Numbered from the stretch's first letter, positions 40,487-49,327 are shown. The stretch is DNA of 64,000 nt from an uncultured Candidatus Binatia bacterium (GCA_965221155.1 OZ244869.1:1541308-1605307), one strand, 5' to 3'. Program-made: numbers and translations. The notes: a model not told the origin generated them from the letters alone.

Positions 40487-40577
40487 GGCGGCTAAGGAAA
40501 GAGCACTGAAAAACTGCCGGAAAAGAGGTGACGACTGCAAGCTCATGAACGTGGATGGGAAGATGGTACCGCAGTGA
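40293..40577 (+). other. DUF4189-like cysteine-containing segment in an alternate frame (possible frameshifted C-terminus of the hydrolase)
   Basis: frame-0 ORF ends with YAYDEETGAYGWASVRDTVEAAKERALKNCRKRGDDCKLM, resembling the DUF4189 pattern (G.YG.a......A...Al..C.....DC). Confidence 0.3.
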
Positions 40578-40692
40578 TAACACCCGGTGCAATCCCCGGG
40601 CCCTTCAAACATCAAGGGGCGTCTATGCCCGCCTTGTTTTGGCCTATTTCCGGGTCCCCGCCGGTGCGGTTTGGAGTCCGGTCCCCGCGGGT

Positions 40693-40720
40693 TTGACGTT
40701 GCCTTCGCGCCGGGCAGAAT
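40693..40720 (+). promoter_or_regulatory. candidate sigma70-type promoter of alaS
   Basis: TTGACG-N16-CAGAAT about 20 nt upstream of the alaS ATG. Confidence 0.25.
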
Positions 40721-40736
40721 GCTATCAATGGGCGTC

Positions 40737-43379
40737 ATGACGGCCGGAAAAGAGATTCGCGACAGCTTCCTGGACTTCTTCAAGGACAAGACCCACACGG
40801 TGGTGCAGAGCTCGTCGCTGGTGCCGCAGCAGGACCCGACCCTGCTGTTCACCAACGCGGGCATGGTCCAGTTCAAGAACATCTTCCTCGGAGTCGAGCG
40901 GCCCGCGTTCAAGCGCGCCGCCAGTGCCCAGAAGTGCCTGCGCATCAGCGGCAAGCACAACGACCTGGAGTCGGTGGGCCGCGACACCTATCATCATACG
41001 TTCTTCGAGATGCTGGGGAACTGGTCCTTCGGCGACTACTACAAGGAAGAGGCCATCGCCTGGGCCTGGGAGCTTCTCACCAGGGAATGGGGGCTGCCCA
41101 AGGACAAGCTCTACGCCACCGTGTTCCGCAACGACGACGAGGCCGAGGGGTTGTGGCACCGTATCAGCGGCCTGCCTCCCAGCCAGGTGCAGCGTTTCGA
41201 CGACAAGGACAACTTCTGGGAGATGGGCGACACCGGCCCCTGCGGCCCGTGCAGCGAGATCCACCTGGACCGGGGTCCCGAGGCCTGCGACCACCCGGAC
41301 GATCCCGGGCACGTTTGTGCCGTCAACGGCGACTGCGCCCGCTACATCGAGCTCTGGAACCTGGTCTTCATCCAGTACAACCGCGACGCCGAAGGAACCC
41401 TCCACGACCTGCCGGCCAGGCACGTGGACACGGGCATGGGGCTCGAGCGCATTACTGCGGTGCTGCAGGGGGTCTTATCGGACTACGACGTGGATCTGTT
41501 CCACAACATCATCGCCGCCACCGAGGAGCTGGCGGGCAAGGCCTACGGCCGGAATGGCGAGGCGGACATCTCGTTTCGCGTCATCGCCGACCACGCCCGG
41601 GCGGTGAGCTTTCTCATCGCCGACGGCGTGCTTCCGAGCAACGACGGCCGCGGCTACGTGCTGCGCCGGCTGCTCAGGCGGGCGGCCCGCCACGGGCGGC
41701 TCTTGGGCTTCGAGGAACCGTTTCTGTTCCGGCTGGTGGAGCCGGTGGCCACGGTACTGGGAGAAGCCTACGACGAGGTGCGGACCGACGGGGAACGCAT
41801 CGAGGAGACGGTCAAGGCCGAAGAGGCGCGCTTCGCCGACACCCTGGACAAGGGGCTGGTGCTGCTGGAGGATTCACTGGCCGAACTGCGCAAGCGCAAC
41901 GGGCAGTCGCTGCCCGGGGACGTGGCCTTCCGCCTGTACGACACCTACGGCTTTCCCGTGGACCTGACCGAGGACATCCTGCGCGGCGAGGGCCTCACCG
42001 TCGATCACGAGGGCTTCGAGCGGCTCATGCAGCAGCAGCGGACACGCGCTCGGGCCGCCCGGGACACCGCTTCCCACGGCGAAAGCCTGAACGTCACCGA
42101 CGCGCTGCCTCACAGCCGTTTCCTGGGCTACGACCGTTTGAGCCACGAGTCGCGGGTGACCGCGCTCTATCGCGGCGACAAGCCGGTGGGGGAGGCCCAC
42201 GAGGGCGATCCGGTGGATCTCATCGTCGCGGAAACGCCGTTCTATGCGGAGTCCGGCGGCCAGGTGGGGGACCGGGGCACCATCCGCACCGCCCGGGGCG
42301 ACACCGTGGAGGTGCTCGACACGTGGCATCCGACGCCCGAAGTGGTGGTGCACCGGGGCAAGATCGTCAGCGGCCGTGTCGCGGCGGGCGACCCCGTGGA
42401 GTTGGCGGTGGACGGCGAGCACCGCGGGCGCGCCATGCTCAACCACTCGGCCACCCACATCCTGCACGCGGTGCTGCGGGAAGAGCTGGGCACGGGCGTG
42501 CGCCAGGCCGGATCGCTGGTGGCGCCGGACCGGCTGCGGTTCGATTTCACCCACGGCGGCCCGGTGGATCCGGAGATTCTGGAGCGCATCGAACGGGAAG
42601 TGAACCAGCGGATTCGTGAGAACGCCGGGGTCTCCACCGAGGAGATGGACTACGACGACGCCATCCGCGCCGGCGCCATGGCGTTCTTCGGAGACAAGTA
42701 CGGCGACCGCGTGCGGGTGGTGCGTATCGGGGACTTCTCAACCGAGCTCTGCGGCGGCACCCACATCCATCAGGCCGGTGACATCGGGCTGTTCCGGCTG
42801 AGCGCCGAGGGCGGCGTGTCCGCGGGCGTAAGGCGCATCGAGGCGGTCACGGGCGCCACCGCCTTCGACGTGATGCGCGCCTACGACTCCGTCCTCGCCG
42901 AAGTCAGCGGGCTGCTCCGGAGCACCAACGAGGACGCCGTCGACAAGGTGCGGCGGCTGCTGGAAAGGCAGAAGGAGCTGGAACGCCAGGTGGCCGAGCT
43001 CAAGAGTCAGCTCGGGCAGAACCGGGTGCCGGAGCTTCTCGGGAAGGCGCGGAAGAATGCCGAGGGCGCCAGCATCATCGTCGAAAAAGTGGAGGGCCTG
43101 GACGCCAGGCAGCTCAGGGAGACCGTGGACCAGCTCCGGCAGCAACTGCCCGGCGGCTTCGTCTTCCTGGCATGCCCCGGCGAGAAGAACGTGATGCTGG
43201 CGGCCGGCAGCGGCGAGGACGGGCGGTATCACGCGGGAGACATCATCAAGCAGGTGGCGCCTGCCGTCGGCGGCGGCGGAGGAGGACGCGCGGATTTCGC
43301 GCAGGCGGGCGGCAAGCAGCCGCACAAGACCGATGACGCGCTGCGCATGGCTCGCGAGCTCGTATCGAGGATTTCTTGA
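40737..43379 (+). CDS. alaS: alanine--tRNA ligase
   Basis: class II aaRS motifs; editing domain HxxxH...CxxxH (HSATHILHA...CGGTH); C-terminal DHHA1; start at MTAGKEIRD. Confidence 0.95.
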   Translation: MTAGKEIRDSFLDFFKDKTHTVVQSSSLVPQQDPTLLFTNAGMVQFKNIFLGVERPAFKRAASAQKCLRISGKHNDLESVGRDTYHHTFFEMLGNWSFGDYYKEEAIAWAWELLTREWGLPKDKLYATVFRNDDEAEGLWHRISGLPPSQVQRFDDKDNFWEMGDTGPCGPCSEIHLDRGPEACDHPDDPGHVCAVNGDCARYIELWNLVFIQYNRDAEGTLHDLPARHVDTGMGLERITAVLQGVLSDYDVDLFHNIIAATEELAGKAYGRNGEADISFRVIADHARAVSFLIADGVLPSNDGRGYVLRRLLRRAARHGRLLGFEEPFLFRLVEPVATVLGEAYDEVRTDGERIEETVKAEEARFADTLDKGLVLLEDSLAELRKRNGQSLPGDVAFRLYDTYGFPVDLTEDILRGEGLTVDHEGFERLMQQQRTRARAARDTASHGESLNVTDALPHSRFLGYDRLSHESRVTALYRGDKPVGEAHEGDPVDLIVAETPFYAESGGQVGDRGTIRTARGDTVEVLDTWHPTPEVVVHRGKIVSGRVAAGDPVELAVDGEHRGRAMLNHSATHILHAVLREELGTGVRQAGSLVAPDRLRFDFTHGGPVDPEILERIEREVNQRIRENAGVSTEEMDYDDAIRAGAMAFFGDKYGDRVRVVRIGDFSTELCGGTHIHQAGDIGLFRLSAEGGVSAGVRRIEAVTGATAFDVMRAYDSVLAEVSGLLRSTNEDAVDKVRRLLERQKELERQVAELKSQLGQNRVPELLGKARKNAEGASIIVEKVEGLDARQLRETVDQLRQQLPGGFVFLACPGEKNVMLAAGSGEDGRYHAGDIIKQVAPAVGGGGGGRADFAQAGGKQPHKTDDALRMARELVSRIS

Positions 43380-44380
43380 CGGTGAGTCAAGCGAGCATCG
43401 AGAGCGCGCCGGCGGTGCCCCATCTGGCATTCAACGACCCGCGGCTGTTCCGGGAGCTTCTGGGCAATCAGGACGAGCACCTGAAGATCGCCCAGCGGGC
43501 GTTGGGCGTCAAGTTCCGGGTGCACGGCACCGAGATGGAGATCCAGGGCGACCAGCCCGAATCGGGACTGGCGCGGGAGGTCATGCGTCAGCTCTATGGC
43601 CTGCTGGAGTCGGGCTACCCCGTGTACGGCAGCGACGTCGACTACGCCATCCGCATCCTGAGCAGCAACAGCAAGGCGAACCTGCAGGAGATCTTTCTCG
43701 ACACCATCTACATCTCGTCCCACAAACGCACCATCACCCCCAAGAGCGTCGCCCAGAAGAGCTATATCGACGCCATCCGGCGCCACGACATCGTCTTCGG
43801 CATCGGCCCGGCCGGCACCGGAAAGACCTATCTGGCCATGGCCATGGCCGTGTCCGAGTTGATGAAGAACAACTACGCCAGGATCATCCTCACCCGCCCG
43901 GCGGTGGAGGCCGGGGAGAAGCTCGGCTTTCTGCCCGGCGACCTGGCCGAGAAGGTCAACCCCTACCTCCGGCCCCTCTACGACGCCATGCACGACATGG
44001 TGGACTTCGACAAGGCCCAGCGCCTGCTCGAACGGGGCAGCATCGAAGTGGCGCCCCTGGCCTTCATGCGCGGCCGAACCCTCAACGACTCCTTCGTCAT
44101 CCTGGACGAGGGTCAGAACACCACCCCCGAGCAGATGAAGATGTTCCTCACCCGGCTGGGCTACGGCTCCAAGGCGGTGATCACCGGCGACGTAACCCAG
44201 ATCGACCTGCCCGCCGGCCGGCTGTCCGGGCTCAAGGAGGCCTGGCGCATCCTGCAGGGGGTGGAGGGCATCCGCTTCGCCACCTTCACCGAAAAGGACG
44301 TGGCCCGGCACCGCCTGGTGCAGGACATCATCACCGCCTACGAGCGCGATACCCGGCAGAACGACGATTCCAATGGGTGA
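43376..44380 (+). CDS. phoH: PhoH family ATPase
   Basis: Walker A GPAGTGKTYLA, Walker B ILDEGQN; TTG or GTG start overlapping the alaS stop. Confidence 0.9.
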   Translation: MTVSQASIESAPAVPHLAFNDPRLFRELLGNQDEHLKIAQRALGVKFRVHGTEMEIQGDQPESGLAREVMRQLYGLLESGYPVYGSDVDYAIRILSSNSKANLQEIFLDTIYISSHKRTITPKSVAQKSYIDAIRRHDIVFGIGPAGTGKTYLAMAMAVSELMKNNYARIILTRPAVEAGEKLGFLPGDLAEKVNPYLRPLYDAMHDMVDFDKAQRLLERGSIEVAPLAFMRGRTLNDSFVILDEGQNTTPEQMKMFLTRLGYGSKAVITGDVTQIDLPAGRLSGLKEAWRILQGVEGIRFATFTEKDVARHRLVQDIITAYERDTRQNDDSNG

Positions 44381-44828
44381 CCAGGCCGTCGCCGTCGACG
44401 TGGTGCGCCAGGGCGCGGCGCGGAAGGTGCCTGTGCGCGCACTCAAGGCCAAGGCAGGGCGGATCCTGCGGCTGATGGACCTGAAGGACTGCGAGCTCAG
44501 CGTGGCCCTGGTGGGCGATGAGGAGATCCGCGATTTGAACGGGCGCTACCGGTCACGCGACGAACCTACCGATGTGCTGTCGTTCCCGGTGGAGGAGCCG
44601 CTGCCCACCGGACATCGGCTCATCGGCGACGTGATCATCTCCGTGGAGAAGGCGGCCCGGCAGGCGCGGCAACGGCGCCGCTCCTTCGACGACGAGATGG
44701 AGGTGCTTTTGATACACGGTATCCTGCACAACCTGGGGTATGACCACGAGCGGTCCCCCGAGGACCAGCGGGAGATGCGCGCCATGGAGCGGCGACTGCG
44801 CAAGGGGCTCAAGGCCGGCGAGCCATAA
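44373..44828 (+). CDS. ybeY: rRNA maturation RNase YbeY
   Basis: HxxxHxxGxxH zinc motif (HGILHNLGYDH). Confidence 0.9.
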   Translation: MGDQAVAVDVVRQGAARKVPVRALKAKAGRILRLMDLKDCELSVALVGDEEIRDLNGRYRSRDEPTDVLSFPVEEPLPTGHRLIGDVIISVEKAARQARQRRRSFDDEMEVLLIHGILHNLGYDHERSPEDQREMRAMERRLRKGLKAGEP

Positions 44829-44877
44829 GCAGCTACGCCGGCGGGACACGACACTAGGCCGACAGTAACAAAGGCGG

Positions 44878-45522
44878 CTACTTCAGGGACTCCGCTATCC
44901 GCAGAATCGCCTCCTCGAAGGTCGGCTGGATGGTCGATCCGGCATCTTCAAGGGCGCCGATCATCATGAGGTTGTCCGCCATCCCGAAGCTCTCGACCAA
45001 TTGACCGTGGACATCCATCTGCGGGCTCTTCGCGTCAAGCTTATAGTGTAGCGCCACCCTGTCGTAATATAGGCCCGCGGCCTCGCTCTGGCCGTAGAAC
45101 GGCTTCGCTTCGTAGTAGCCGAAGACCGGCTTCCCCAAGCCGCGCATATAGCCCATTTCGAAGGCGGTGCCCGTGTCCATGCCGGGACCGCGAAACCGCA
45201 CCATATTGGCCGCGATGAAATGCGCCTTGTCCATCATCTCAATGTTGGCCCGGTAGATGCGCAGGCCGGTATCCCGGTCCGGCTTGAAATCGGAAATCTC
45301 GTTGTCCAGCGGATACAGGCCCACCAGCCGGAAGGGCCAGCCGTGCTCGGCGTTGAGACGCTCGATCAGGGCCTTCTTGTCCTTGCCGGCCTTCACGGGT
45401 TCCGGCAGGAATACCTCGGGTCCGGCCAGATACACGTAGTAGACGGGCTTGTCAGCAGCTTCCATGCCTGTAGAAATGACTAAAAAGGCAGAAGCAATCA
45501 ACCAGCAGATGAAGCGTCGCAA
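44878..45522 (-). CDS. nucleoside 2-deoxyribosyltransferase-like protein with N-terminal signal peptide
   Basis: YVYLAGPEVF (NDT YxAGPxF motif) and catalytic-Glu region AFEMGYMRGLGKPVFGY; TTG start 5 nt after GGGAGG gives N-terminus (M/L)RRFICWLIASAFLVISTGMEA. Confidence 0.55.
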   Translation of the reverse strand: MRRFICWLIASAFLVISTGMEAADKPVYYVYLAGPEVFLPEPVKAGKDKKALIERLNAEHGWPFRLVGLYPLDNEISDFKPDRDTGLRIYRANIEMMDKAHFIAANMVRFRGPGMDTGTAFEMGYMRGLGKPVFGYYEAKPFYGQSEAAGLYYDRVALHYKLDAKSPQMDVHGQLVESFGMADNLMMIGALEDAGSTIQPTFEEAILRIAESLK

Positions 45523-45736
45523 TGGTTCCTCCCTTTGGAACGTTTGTGGCTTTCGGAAGCTAACACGTCTTCGGCTGCCGCTCAAAGTCCGCTGGCGGTT
45601 TCTTTGTCGGCCGGGAGAACATCCGCTATATTGAGGAAGATCATCGACATGAGCTTGGTGCCATTTCCCGTCCCGCGTTCTTGAAGTACTCGATTGCACC
45701 GCCCGTACACGCATAAATTTGCATCCACAGGAGCCC

Positions 45737-46841
45737 ATGATGTTTGACGAAGCACGCGAACAATTGACACTTCTCGAAGAGAAACTGCGCCTGTTACGGA
45801 GGCGCCTTTGACGTCGAAGGCAAGCAGAAGCGCGTCGACGAGCTGGTAACCCTCACCGCGAAGCCCGATTTTTGGAACGACGCCGACAAGGCCCAGGGGG
45901 TCCTCAAGGAGCAGTCCCTGCTCCGGGAGGCCGTGGACGACTATGGCAAATGCCATTCGAGCGTTGAGGAAGCACGCTTCTTTCTGGATCTTGCCGAGGA
46001 AGAGAACGACGCCGAAGCGTTGGAAGAGACGCAGGCCCGGATCCAGGAAGTCACCGACAGCCTCGCGGACATGGAGCTGCGGCAGCTACTCGGCGGCACG
46101 GACGACCGCCGTGACGCCATCGTCACGCTCCATCCCGGCGCCGGCGGCACCGAGTCCCAGGACTGGGCCGAGATGCTGCTGCGCATGTATCTGCGATGGG
46201 GGGACCGGCGCGGTTACAAGACCGAGATCATGGAGTATCAGCCCGGCGAGGAGGCCGGCCTCAAGCGGGTCACCTTCACCATCGCCGGGGAATATGCCTA
46301 CGGCTACCTGAAGTGCGAGGCCGGCATTCACCGGCTCGTGCGCATCTCCCCGTTTGACGCCAACTCCAGGCGCCACACCTCCTTCGCCTCGGTCTTCGTC
46401 TACCCCGAGATCGACGACACCATCGACGTGGAGATCAACGAGTCCGACCTGCGCATCGACACCTACCGCGCCAGCGGCGCCGGCGGCCAGCACGTCAACA
46501 AGACCGATTCCGCGGTGCGCATCACCCACCTCCCCACCAACATCGTCGTGGCCTGCCAGAACGAGCGCTCCCAGCACAAGAACAAGGCCATGGCCATGCG
46601 CATCCTGCGCTCGCGGCTCTACGAGCTGGAGGTGGTGAAGCAGCGGGAGATGATGGACAGCTACCAGAAGGACAAGAAGGAGATCGCCTGGGGCAGCCAG
46701 ATCCGCTCCTACGTGCTCCATCCCTACCGCATGGTCAAGGACCACCGCACCAACCTGGAGATCGGCAACGCCGACGCCGTCCTCGACGGCGACATCGACC
46801 GGTTCATCCAGAGCTATCTGATGGAGGCGGAGGAGGGCTGA
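45737..46841 (+). CDS. prfB: peptide chain release factor 2 (programmed +1 frameshift at 45809-45811)
   Basis: frame 0 MMFDEAREQLTLLEEKLRLLRRRL stops at in-frame TGA (45809-45811) inside CTT TGA C; +1 frame continues DVEGKQKR... into the 302-aa ORF that carries GGQ and SPF motifs. Confidence 0.9.
45798..45812 (+). promoter_or_regulatory. RF2 programmed frameshift site
   Basis: GGAGG-CGC-CTT-TGA-C: internal Shine-Dalgarno-like element 3 nt upstream of the slippery CUU UGA C, as in E. coli prfB. Confidence 0.85.
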
Positions 46842-46842
46842 G
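46758..46842. repeat. direct repeat copy 1 (last 85 bp of prfB including the stop)
   Basis: 85-bp match (3 mismatches) with 48893-48977. Confidence 0.85.
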
Positions 46843-46858
46843 GAGCCGTCCGATAGAC

Positions 46859-47330
46859 TCACTGGTCGCGAAGGTCGCTGGGTGCGACAACAGGGATCTC
46901 TTCGACGGTCTGAAATGCCTTGTCGCTCGACACCAGGCAGTCGGCCTCCAATTGAATGGCCACTGCCAAAATGAGTGAATCATTGGTGAGCAACCCGTAC
47001 CGGCTCTGCAAGGCGAATCCCGAGTCCAGCAGATCGTCGGGTGTACAACACTCAAACCGGAGACCCATGTCGAAGAGGGTACGCACCTTGGAACGGTAGA
47101 GGCTCAACCCGCGGACGATGTCCGGCTTCTCGGCGAGGCTGGCCACCTGGTTGCGAGGCGAGACAAGGTGCTTCATCGTCGCTTCCAATAACATCAGCCT
47201 GTGGGTCAGTTCGTGCCAGACGATTTCGGGCAGTGCCCCCGTAAGCTTGCCCTGGGAGCAGCGTCAGCAATCGCTGGGACTGTTCGGACACACCTCGCTC
47301 GGCGTACAACAGCACATTGGTGTCAAATCC
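46859..47330 (-). pseudogene. VapC-like PIN-domain toxin, apparently frameshifted
   Basis: PIN N-terminus (GFDTNVLLYAERGVSEQSQRLLTLL) in the frame of ORF 47052..47315; PIN C-terminus (GLLTNDSLILAVAIQLEADCLVSSDKAF) in the frame of ORF 46859..47194; the junction lies near a C5 homopolymer (~47229); no clean start codon. Confidence 0.4.
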
Positions 47331-47739
47331 AAGCCGTGGATGCGATGTGTGAGGGGGATTTGGTCGCCGTGTATGAAACCCTCCGCAACCCAGAAAGTCA
47401 CCGCCGAATGGGGGAAGGTAGAATCATTGGATATGGCAAGGTCGTGGAGCGCATCCACGACGGTGATGGACCCCGTTGGGTCCTGGTTGCCCGACTTGAC
47501 ACCCTCCGCGACGAGGGAGGGGTCTCATGGCAAGAGGCAAGCACGATACTGGGATATCCTTTGCGTAGGGGACTTCAGGAAATCTGCGCGGAGAGATTCA
47601 ACCACCTGGCTCGTCAATTAGTCAACCGTGTATGATGAAGAAGTTGTATAGTCACGTATATAATTCCCCGAAAGCCCCTGACTTGATCGGTCTGAATATG
47701 GACGTGACGCTTTGAGCGATTTTAGATTCGGGCCTCTTC

Positions 47740-48156
47740 ATGACCACGATCGAGACAAGATATTTGGCAAAGATCGCCGAGGCCACGCCTCCCTCCGCAC
47801 GATTGGCGTTTCGTGGCCTGCCTGACAGCACCTGGAAGGTTCATTCAGGTGCAACCCGACGTCTGATTCGGGAACTTCACGGTGAAAAACATGACGACGT
47901 CGATCGCTCGTCCATATTTGGTCGCCTGTACATCTCGTATCACCGGACTGTGTTGGTCGAGGCGGCGCGAAACCATGGGTTTGACACGACCGAAGGGCAG
48001 AGCGACTCCGATTTGCAACTCCTCGCGAAACTACAGCACCTTGGCGCCGCGACAGGGTTAATTGATTTCACATGGGATTCCCTCGTCGCTTTGTGGTTTG
48101 CTACGGAACCGCGGGGCAAGGAAGAATGCTCCGGTAAGGTTGTTGTACTACCCTGA
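47740..48156 (+). CDS. FRG-domain protein, C-terminally truncated
   Basis: LAFRGLPDSTWKV (FRG motif) and LQHLGAATGLIDFTWDSLVALWFA (FRG-domain LLDWT..AlyFA motif); 138 aa versus ~250 aa for family members; AT-rich flanks. Confidence 0.45.
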   Translation: MTTIETRYLAKIAEATPPSARLAFRGLPDSTWKVHSGATRRLIRELHGEKHDDVDRSSIFGRLYISYHRTVLVEAARNHGFDTTEGQSDSDLQLLAKLQHLGAATGLIDFTWDSLVALWFATEPRGKEECSGKVVVLP

Positions 48157-48573
48157 TATTCGAAATAGTCAGGGTCGTCCAAGTATACCAGAGCTCGGAA
48201 TACGAAAGAGCCATTCTTACTTTTTTGTGTACGGGAAGTGCGGGAAACATAGGGAACTTCGGAGGAGAAGGCACAAAGGGCGGTACCGGTTCTGATGGGG
48301 AAGGGGGATTCTGTCTCAGGGTTACTTGGTGAGGAAGGTGTGACAATCGGCGCGGAGGGTTCGCCGAGGCTGTGGTTTGGTCGGTTGACGAAGGGTGCTC
48401 TGGACTACACGCCGATCTCTTAGAGGAAGGCTGAGTGGAAACAACCCATTCTTGGCGCTGACCGTTCCGTTCTGTGGATCAGTTCCGCGGTGCACTCAGG
48501 GCACCGGATATCACCATTCAAAGCGAGTTCGTGCTTACCGAGCACAGGCTACCGCCGGGGATCTCGTCGAGAC

Positions 48574-48816
48574 TCATTGATCCCAAACGTCCGCTTGCAG
48601 GATTTCTTGGAAATCTTCGAAAGAAACCGCCATCGGCTGCTCACAGAATAACCTGTAGGCGGCCTCACGGCGGTCGGGCGGCGGCAACTTGGCTGTCAGG
48701 TAAAGATCCAAGGCATCATGTATCAGGTCGCTGAGCGGCCGTCCCTCGTCGACCGCCTGCCGCTTCGCCCTGCGTAGGACATCAGCTTCGACGATGGTTC
48801 CGATCTTCTGCTTCAT
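48574..48816 (-). CDS. ribbon-helix-helix (CopG/Arc-like) protein, orphan antitoxin-like
   Basis: 80 aa; KIGTIVEADVLRRAKRQAVDEGRPLSDLIHDALDLYL (beta-strand plus two helices); no toxin ORF downstream. Confidence 0.45.
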   Translation of the reverse strand: MKQKIGTIVEADVLRRAKRQAVDEGRPLSDLIHDALDLYLTAKLPPPDRREAAYRLFCEQPMAVSFEDFQEILQADVWDQ

Positions 48817-48892
48817 TGACGGGATCCTCCGTTTGACGAGCCATGCTTTCTAGTTTTACCTAGAAATCTAGACCTGTCAAAAACCAAAACTT

Positions 48893-48977
48893 GAGATCGG
48901 CAACGCCGACGCCGTCCTCGACGGCGACATCCACCGGTTCATCCAGAGCTATCTGATGGAGGGAGAGGAGGGCTGAG
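48893..48977. repeat. direct repeat copy 2 (duplicate of the prfB 3' end)
   Basis: encodes (L)EIGNADAVLDGDIHRFIQSYLMEGEEG* versus native ...DIDRFIQSYLMEAEEG*; preceded by an AT-rich stretch with TCTAG palindromes. Confidence 0.85.
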
Positions 48978-49002
48978 CGGATTCTGTACCGTGCAACCCG
49001 TT

Positions 49003-49194
49003 TCAGTGCCGGTAGCCTCTGAGTCGGGCGTAGCTCTCGATCTGATCGGCGGTGAGTTCGCGGGCACTCTCGATGTGCGCGAGCAGGTGGATTGCCTGAA
49101 ACTGCCCGCGCATGATGCCCAGGTGCGCCAGCGCCGAAGTTGACGCCACGGCGAACAGGCTGGTCCAGCCGAACATGGCGATGATTGCGTTCAT
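49003..49194 (-). CDS. small secreted LTXXQ-motif protein (Spy/CpxP-like fragment?)
   Basis: 63 aa; signal peptide MNAIIAMFGWTSLFAVASTSALA; LTADQ motif. Confidence 0.3.
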   Translation of the reverse strand: MNAIIAMFGWTSLFAVASTSALAHLGIMRGQFQAIHLLAHIESARELTADQIESYARLRGYRH

Positions 49195-49235
49195 GGGTTG
49201 ACTCCCTGGTCCTGGGCAGTTCCTCTACGCAAGTA

Positions 49236-49285
49236 CGGCTCGGCTGACCGGTGGAGACGCACGCGTCCCACGGTCAGCCGAGCCG
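49236..49285. terminator. 15-bp-stem hairpin downstream of the NIPSNAP gene
   Basis: CGGCTCGGCTGACCG-N20-CGGTCAGCCGAGCCG; no U-tract, so terminator assignment is weak. Confidence 0.3.
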
Positions 49286-49327
49286 CACGAAGCACTATAC
49301 AGGCGTTGGCGGGCCCCGGTTGCGAAT

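Noticed and set aside
47201-47635. Plus-strand 144-aa ORF with weak PUA/EVE-like features
   Set aside because: It overlaps the minus-strand PIN remnant across most of its length, and its similarity to EVE/ASCH domains is only impressionistic. It is kept as an open question under the PIN finding rather than called as a gene.
46843-48892. Intact integrase or transposase that would explain the prfB-linked islet
   Set aside because: No tyrosine/serine recombinase or DDE transposase motifs occur in any frame of the islet. The only transposase-like sequence in the neighbourhood is the IS630 HTH fragment at 50188, which lacks a catalytic domain.
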